Source of the DNA: Gemmatimonadota bacterium
GTDB lineage: Bacteria; Gemmatimonadota; Gemmatimonadetes; Gemmatimonadales; Gemmatimonadaceae
Length of the DNA stretch: 46,646 nt
Assembly: GCA_040389905.1 (NCBI GenBank)
Contig: JAZJZK010000043.1
Coordinates: forward strand, 1-46,646
Reading direction: 5' to 3'
The position numbers and the translations under genes are program-made. Under the pieces are notes generated by a model. It searched no databases. It saw only the letters and a list, made by a program, of their open reading frames with translations, and was not told where the DNA came from. Shown here piece by piece: positions 42,965-46,646 of the stretch; the first letter of the stretch is position 1, and each line of letters opens with the position of its first letter.

Positions 42965-44898
42965 AACTTCACGACTATCAAAAAGAAGCGATCGAAGTCG
43001 CTTGGAACACGCTACAGCGCAAATCCAGTGCTCAGGTCGTACTTCCCACCGGCAGTGGGAAAACGCTCGTCTTCGTCAAGCTGGCCGATCGCTGGTTTGA
43101 GAAGAACAAGAGTCGTGTACTAATAGTTGCACACACACGAGAGTTAGTTCGCAACGCACATCGCAGGGTTCTACAGCACACACGTCTCACTTGTGACATC
43201 GAGATGGCGGAACACCGAGCCAACGGCGCTCCTGTGGTCTGCGCCTCGGTACAGAGCATGGCTGCGCGCCTGAAGAGGTACAAACGCAACAGCTTTGGTC
43301 TAGTAATCTTCGATGAAGCTGATCTTGCGGCAGCGCCGAGCTACGACAAAATTCGTCGTCACTTCAACAAAGCAAAAATGTACGGAACCACCGCCACACC
43401 GGATCGCCACGACGGCAAAAAATCCATCGCTCCGGTGGTGTACGAGAAGTCCCTTCGCGAACAAATCGAGTCTGGGCACCTCACAAGAATTCGACGCATC
43501 GCTGTCAAGACTGCGGAGGTCTCCCGCGCCAAGCTGCTCGGCGGTGACTTCGACAAAATGTGGCTCGACGAAATCTTCTCGCGCGAGAGACACCTCCACG
43601 AAGTCGTTCGCCCACTACTAGACCAAGCCGGCAAACGCCCCACGCTCGTGTTCGGTGTTTCCGTTCTGCATTCCAAGCTACTAGCCAACCTCTTCAACAA
43701 GTACCGGCCTGGCTGCGCTCGGTGGGTGTCCGGCAAGACTACAGATCTTGAAGCGACGCTCGAAGCATTCAAACGCGGCGAGTTCCAGTTCTTGTGCAAC
43801 TGCGTTCTCATCTCGCGCGGCGTCGACCTACCGCTCGTGTCCTGCATCGGTATGGCTCGACCCACGCTCAGCCATACACTCTACAAGCAGATGCTCGGGC
43901 GCGGCACGCGTCTCTCGAAAGAGACCGGCAAGAAGGATTTGCTGGTCGTCGACTTCACTTTCAATTCGGACGTGCACTCGCTTGATGTCGTCGACGCTGT
44001 AGTCGGTGAGGGACAAGAAGAGGTAGGGGCTCGTGCTCGAGAAGTAGCGCCTAAGAATGAATTTGATATTGTCGACCTTATCAGCGAAGTCGAAGGTGAG
44101 CTAGAGACGAACGCGAAGCTACGAAAACGCATTCAAGCGAAGGTGAGGTACGAGCTTCGACGCGTTGTAGGAATAGACTGGTCGGTCGTCACGGAGAAAA
44201 TGTGGCGGACTATGTCAGATCACAAAATCGCAATAACACTAAACTGTGATAGCAAAGGAGTAAACAAACATAGACCACAACACATTCCGTCACCAGGATT
44301 GTATAAAACAATAGATTTATCTTCAGTAACTAAAAATATGTGGCTAACTATGACAAACAAGCAGCTAGCCTCAAGATTTAATTATAATGTTGCCAGAGTA
44401 AGAGAAAAACGACCTGAAAACATTCCTTCCCCCGGTCGTCGCAATATTTCTCTGTTGTCAATAACTGACAACATGTGGCGCACTATGACTGATAAAGAAC
44501 TAGCAAGGAAATTCAACTGTAGTGATGTGCCAATAAGAAGTCGCAGACCTAAACATATTACATCGCCAGGTGTCTTAGACACTGAAAAAACAATAGCAAA
44601 AATCACTGAAAATATGTGGCGAACCATGACTAATTATCAAATCTCAAACAAGTTAAAAATTACCCGTAGAGCTGTCGCTAAACGTCGACCTGTGGCTATC
44701 CCGTCCCCTGGGAGTAACGATCAGCGACGTATAGATTTTTCTTCGGTTACAAATAAAATGTGGCGGACCATGACAGATTCTGAAATAGCACAAAATTTAA
44801 AATGTGATAGAGCATCGGCTACTGCTCACAGACCGTCGAATATCATATCAGTTGGAAGCCCTCGTGGACGACGTAAATTGCCCAAACCCTTATTATAG
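42961..44898 (+). CDS. Superfamily 2 helicase (ResIII/UvsW-like) with C-terminal tandem HTH-like repeats
   Basis: LHDYQ (Q motif), LPTGSGKT, IFDEAD, TATPDR, RGVD, QMLGRGTR. Confidence 0.92.
   Translation: MKLHDYQKEAIEVAWNTLQRKSSAQVVLPTGSGKTLVFVKLADRWFEKNKSRVLIVAHTRELVRNAHRRVLQHTRLTCDIEMAEHRANGAPVVCASVQSMAARLKRYKRNSFGLVIFDEADLAAAPSYDKIRRHFNKAKMYGTTATPDRHDGKKSIAPVVYEKSLREQIESGHLTRIRRIAVKTAEVSRAKLLGGDFDKMWLDEIFSRERHLHEVVRPLLDQAGKRPTLVFGVSVLHSKLLANLFNKYRPGCARWVSGKTTDLEATLEAFKRGEFQFLCNCVLISRGVDLPLVSCIGMARPTLSHTLYKQMLGRGTRLSKETGKKDLLVVDFTFNSDVHSLDVVDAVVGEGQEEVGARAREVAPKNEFDIVDLISEVEGELETNAKLRKRIQAKVRYELRRVVGIDWSVVTEKMWRTMSDHKIAITLNCDSKGVNKHRPQHIPSPGLYKTIDLSSVTKNMWLTMTNKQLASRFNYNVARVREKRPENIPSPGRRNISLLSITDNMWRTMTDKELARKFNCSDVPIRSRRPKHITSPGVLDTEKTIAKITENMWRTMTNYQISNKLKITRRAVAKRRPVAIPSPGSNDQRRIDFSSVTNKMWRTMTDSEIAQNLKCDRASATAHRPSNIISVGSPRGRRKLPKPLL
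44173..44870 (+). repeat. Five ~45-47-aa AT-rich tandem repeats in the helicase C-terminus
   Basis: Consensus ID.S.[VI]T..MWRTM[TS][DN]..[IL]A...N........RP..IPSPG. Confidence 0.9.
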
Positions 44899-44907
44899 GA
44901 GCCCAAA

Positions 44908-45477
44908 ATGACCCCGACCAAAGATCGCGCTCTCGTCCTCATGACCCATTCACTGCCGCCGTTTTCGAATTTCCTCTCGCACTGCTCGTCGCTCCGATCC
45001 GAATGCGAGCGCGCAGGCGCTCTCACGCCCGAGCGCGCCGCCTTGTTCGACGAGTACGAGAAGGCGCTCCTCGTCGGTCAGAGCGACTACGAAAACCAGA
45101 TCGCCGATCTCATCTGCGCCGAGCTCGACGCCGACGAAGTCGAAAGCCTCATCGAGTTCTTCAACGGCCCGGCGTTCAAGGCACTGACGAAATCGCAAGC
45201 TCTTGGCGGTCGCGTCGCTGAGATCGGCAGCAACTGGCAGACGCGTGTGCTCGAGTCCTGCCCTGACACCTGGCAAATGCTTGTCGAACACGTCGGCGCC
45301 TGGCAGGAGAAGAACTCCCCCGAGGGCTCCACCACCATCCTCCCCGAGTCCCCCAACGGCAACGGCTGGAAGCGCGTCAGCGACATCGGCAAACCCGCCG
45401 AGGAGCTGGTCATGGACACGGCGACGGAGGAGGCCGAGATGGCGGCGATGCGCAGCGATCCGCCCGAGGCCGCCTAG
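44908..45477 (+). CDS. Hypothetical protein, DUF2059-like motif
   Basis: LDADEVESLIEFFNGPAFKAL; AGGAG RBS. Confidence 0.6.
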   Translation: MTPTKDRALVLMTHSLPPFSNFLSHCSSLRSECERAGALTPERAALFDEYEKALLVGQSDYENQIADLICAELDADEVESLIEFFNGPAFKALTKSQALGGRVAEIGSNWQTRVLESCPDTWQMLVEHVGAWQEKNSPEGSTTILPESPNGNGWKRVSDIGKPAEELVMDTATEEAEMAAMRSDPPEAA

Positions 45478-45576
45478 CAATCCGTCGTAGTCCGCCCCCA
45501 CCGTTTGCTCAATACGCAGCTTTTAACCCCTCCAATAGCCAATCCGTCGCGGTAAACGCCCAAGAATTGCCGATCC

Positions 45577-45605
45577 TTGCATTCCTCAGCATTCCGCTGT
45601 AGGCT
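45577..45605 (+). promoter_or_regulatory. Candidate promoter for basic-protein genes
   Basis: TTGCAT-17-TAGGCT; GGAGG RBS before ATG 45649. Confidence 0.4.
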
Positions 45606-45648
45606 AGATTCCAACATCGCGCCGAGTGCGCGAATTGGAGGCCGCACA

Positions 45649-46152
45649 ATGGCACGTCGCAAAAAGAAGGGGCACCGCCGCGGTAAACGCCGCATGTCGC
45701 GCAAGCAGCGCGCCGCTGCGCTCCGCAACCTGAAGAAGGCGCGCCGCGCCCGCAAGGGCAAGCGCCGGGGCAAGCGCAAGGGTCGCAAGGGCGGTCACAA
45801 GCGTCATCGGTCGGCCGCGCAGAAGCGCGCCGCGCTCCGCAACCTGAGGAAAGCTCGCCGCGCCCGCAAAGGCAAGCGTCGGGGCAAGAGACACGGCAAA
45901 CGCCGTGCAAAACGTCACTCGAAGCGACGCGGGCGCAAGGGCAAGCGCCGGCATTCGCGGCGTAACCGGGTCGGCAAGCATATGAAGTCGGCCTACTCCG
46001 CCAACCCGTACGCCGGCATGCACAAGGGGCGCGAAGAGCGCGTCAAGCGTGAAGAAGCCGCTGCAATCCATCGCGCTGGGTATTTGGCCTCGCTCCGCGC
46101 CAAGATGGCCGCCCGTCGCCAGGCTGGCGGTTTCGCCGGGTCGAGCGTCTAA
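45649..46152 (+). CDS. Protamine/histone-like Arg/Lys-rich protein
   Basis: MARRKKKGHRRGKRR...; roughly half R/K; internal repeat [KA]Q.[AR]AALRNL[KR]KARRARKGKRRGKR x2. Confidence 0.85.
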   Translation: MARRKKKGHRRGKRRMSRKQRAAALRNLKKARRARKGKRRGKRKGRKGGHKRHRSAAQKRAALRNLRKARRARKGKRRGKRHGKRRAKRHSKRRGRKGKRRHSRRNRVGKHMKSAYSANPYAGMHKGREERVKREEAAAIHRAGYLASLRAKMAARRQAGGFAGSSV

Positions 46153-46158
46153 ACCGAA

Positions 46159-46344
46159 ATGGCTCGTCGACGTCTGAAGACTCGCAGATCGAAGCGACCA
46201 AAGCGGCGCGCGGTCTCAGTGCGCACTCGTCTCAGACGAGCCAGACGCCGCATCAAAGAACTGCTCGTCGAAGGTCAGATGCGTGGTGTGCGTGAAGAGC
46301 GTGCCTACGTGAAACGGCTCAAAACCCAAAACAAAAAGAGGTAA
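46159..46344 (+). CDS. Small Arg-rich basic protein
   Basis: MARRRLKTRRSKRPKRR...; G.REER motif also present in the upstream protein. Confidence 0.7.
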   Translation: MARRRLKTRRSKRPKRRAVSVRTRLRRARRRIKELLVEGQMRGVREERAYVKRLKTQNKKR

Positions 46345-46349
46345 CACAC

Positions 46350-46508
46350 ATGGCTCGTAGAAAAAAAGGTCACCGCAAGGGTCGCAAGCGTCGTATGTCC
46401 GCGAAGCAGCGTGCAGCGTGTCTTCGCAATTTGAAGAAGGCGCGCTCCGCTCGTCGTAAGGGGCGCAAAGGCAAGCGCAAGGGGCGCCGTCGGTCGAAGC
46501 GTCGCTAA
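46350..46508 (+). CDS. 52-aa protamine-like protein, paralog of the 45649 N-terminus (not in ORF track)
   Basis: MARRKKGHRKGRKRRMSAKQRAACLRNLKKARSARRKGRKGKRKGRRRSKRR; GAGG RBS. Confidence 0.8.
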   Translation: MARRKKGHRKGRKRRMSAKQRAACLRNLKKARSARRKGRKGKRKGRRRSKRR

Positions 46509-46645
46509 ACCACCTCGAGCCGCGACTTCTTCCGCACCGTCTGCAAGATCCCCTGATTCGTCATCTCAAACCACGCCTTCCGTTTATCCTCAAAAATGGC
46601 GATTGGCGCAAATGGAAACCTATAATTTAAAATACTTCTTTTATA
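46505..46645 (-). CDS. Possible 3' end of a gene running in from beyond the window
   Basis: Open frame YKRSILNYRFPF...SRLEVV* converging on the protamine gene. Confidence 0.3.
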   Translation of the reverse strand, partial: YKRSILNYRFPFAPIAIFEDKRKAWFEMTNQGILQTVRKKSRLEVV

Positions 46646-46646
46646 C

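Larger units (their letters stand above)
43..46508. mobile_element. Putative tailless (membrane-containing) virus/prophage genome segment; ends not visible
   Basis: Dense, translationally coupled genes (ATGA/TAATG/GTGA overlaps); recombinase, lytic transglycosylase, HNH, SF2 helicase, spike-like and many tail-anchored proteins; no housekeeping genes. Confidence 0.8.

Noticed and set aside
42961..44170. Type I/III restriction-modification or defence helicase
   Set aside because: No DNA methyltransferase or PD-(D/E)xK nuclease motif adjacent; the three methyltransferases in the window lack DPPY/NPPY or PC motifs and sit among sugar genes
44173..44870. Possible CRISPR array or DNA-level repeat array
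   Set aside because: Repeats are degenerate at DNA level, in frame and conserved as protein; no identical repeats with unique spacers and no cas genes
1..46646. tRNA/rRNA genes and host assignment
   Set aside because: No cloverleaf or rRNA-like segment noticed by eye; high GC alone is not enough to name a host

Overview
This GC-rich window looks like most of a bacterial virus or prophage genome, and no cellular housekeeping genes were recognised. Most genes lie on the minus strand and are translationally coupled. Modules, left to right: (1) 43-5825, small Zn-finger, membrane and RHH/HTH genes plus a tyrosine recombinase next to a 10-6-10 inverted repeat. (2) 5822-22749, a ~17 kb glycan locus with about 8 glycosyltransferase-like genes, 3 SAM methyltransferases and an NDP-sugar pathway (nucleotidyltransferase, 4,6-dehydratase-type SDR, DegT aminotransferase). 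(3) An AT-rich HNH endonuclease. (4) 25548-41883, a ~16 kb putative virion operon with no recognisable terminase, portal, HK97 capsid or tail-tube gene. It contains a small beta-rich candidate single-jelly-roll capsid protein followed by a terminator, a transglutaminase-like Cys-His-Asp enzyme, two paralogous beta-rich proteins, a spike, a membrane-anchored lytic transglycosylase and many tail-anchored membrane proteins. Nearly all of these carry a recurring hydrophobic-hydrophobic-Gly motif, and five carry the longer form [RK]G[LVF]D-phi-phi(-phi)(-G). (5) Plus strand: RHH regulators, an SF2 helicase with five AT-rich HTH-like repeats, and three protamine-like Arg/Lys-rich genes. Best overall inference: a tailless, internal-membrane virus that may mature its virion proteins by cleaving at Gly motifs, condense its DNA with protamine-like proteins and encode its own glycosylation. 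All family calls come from motifs read by eye; no database search was run.
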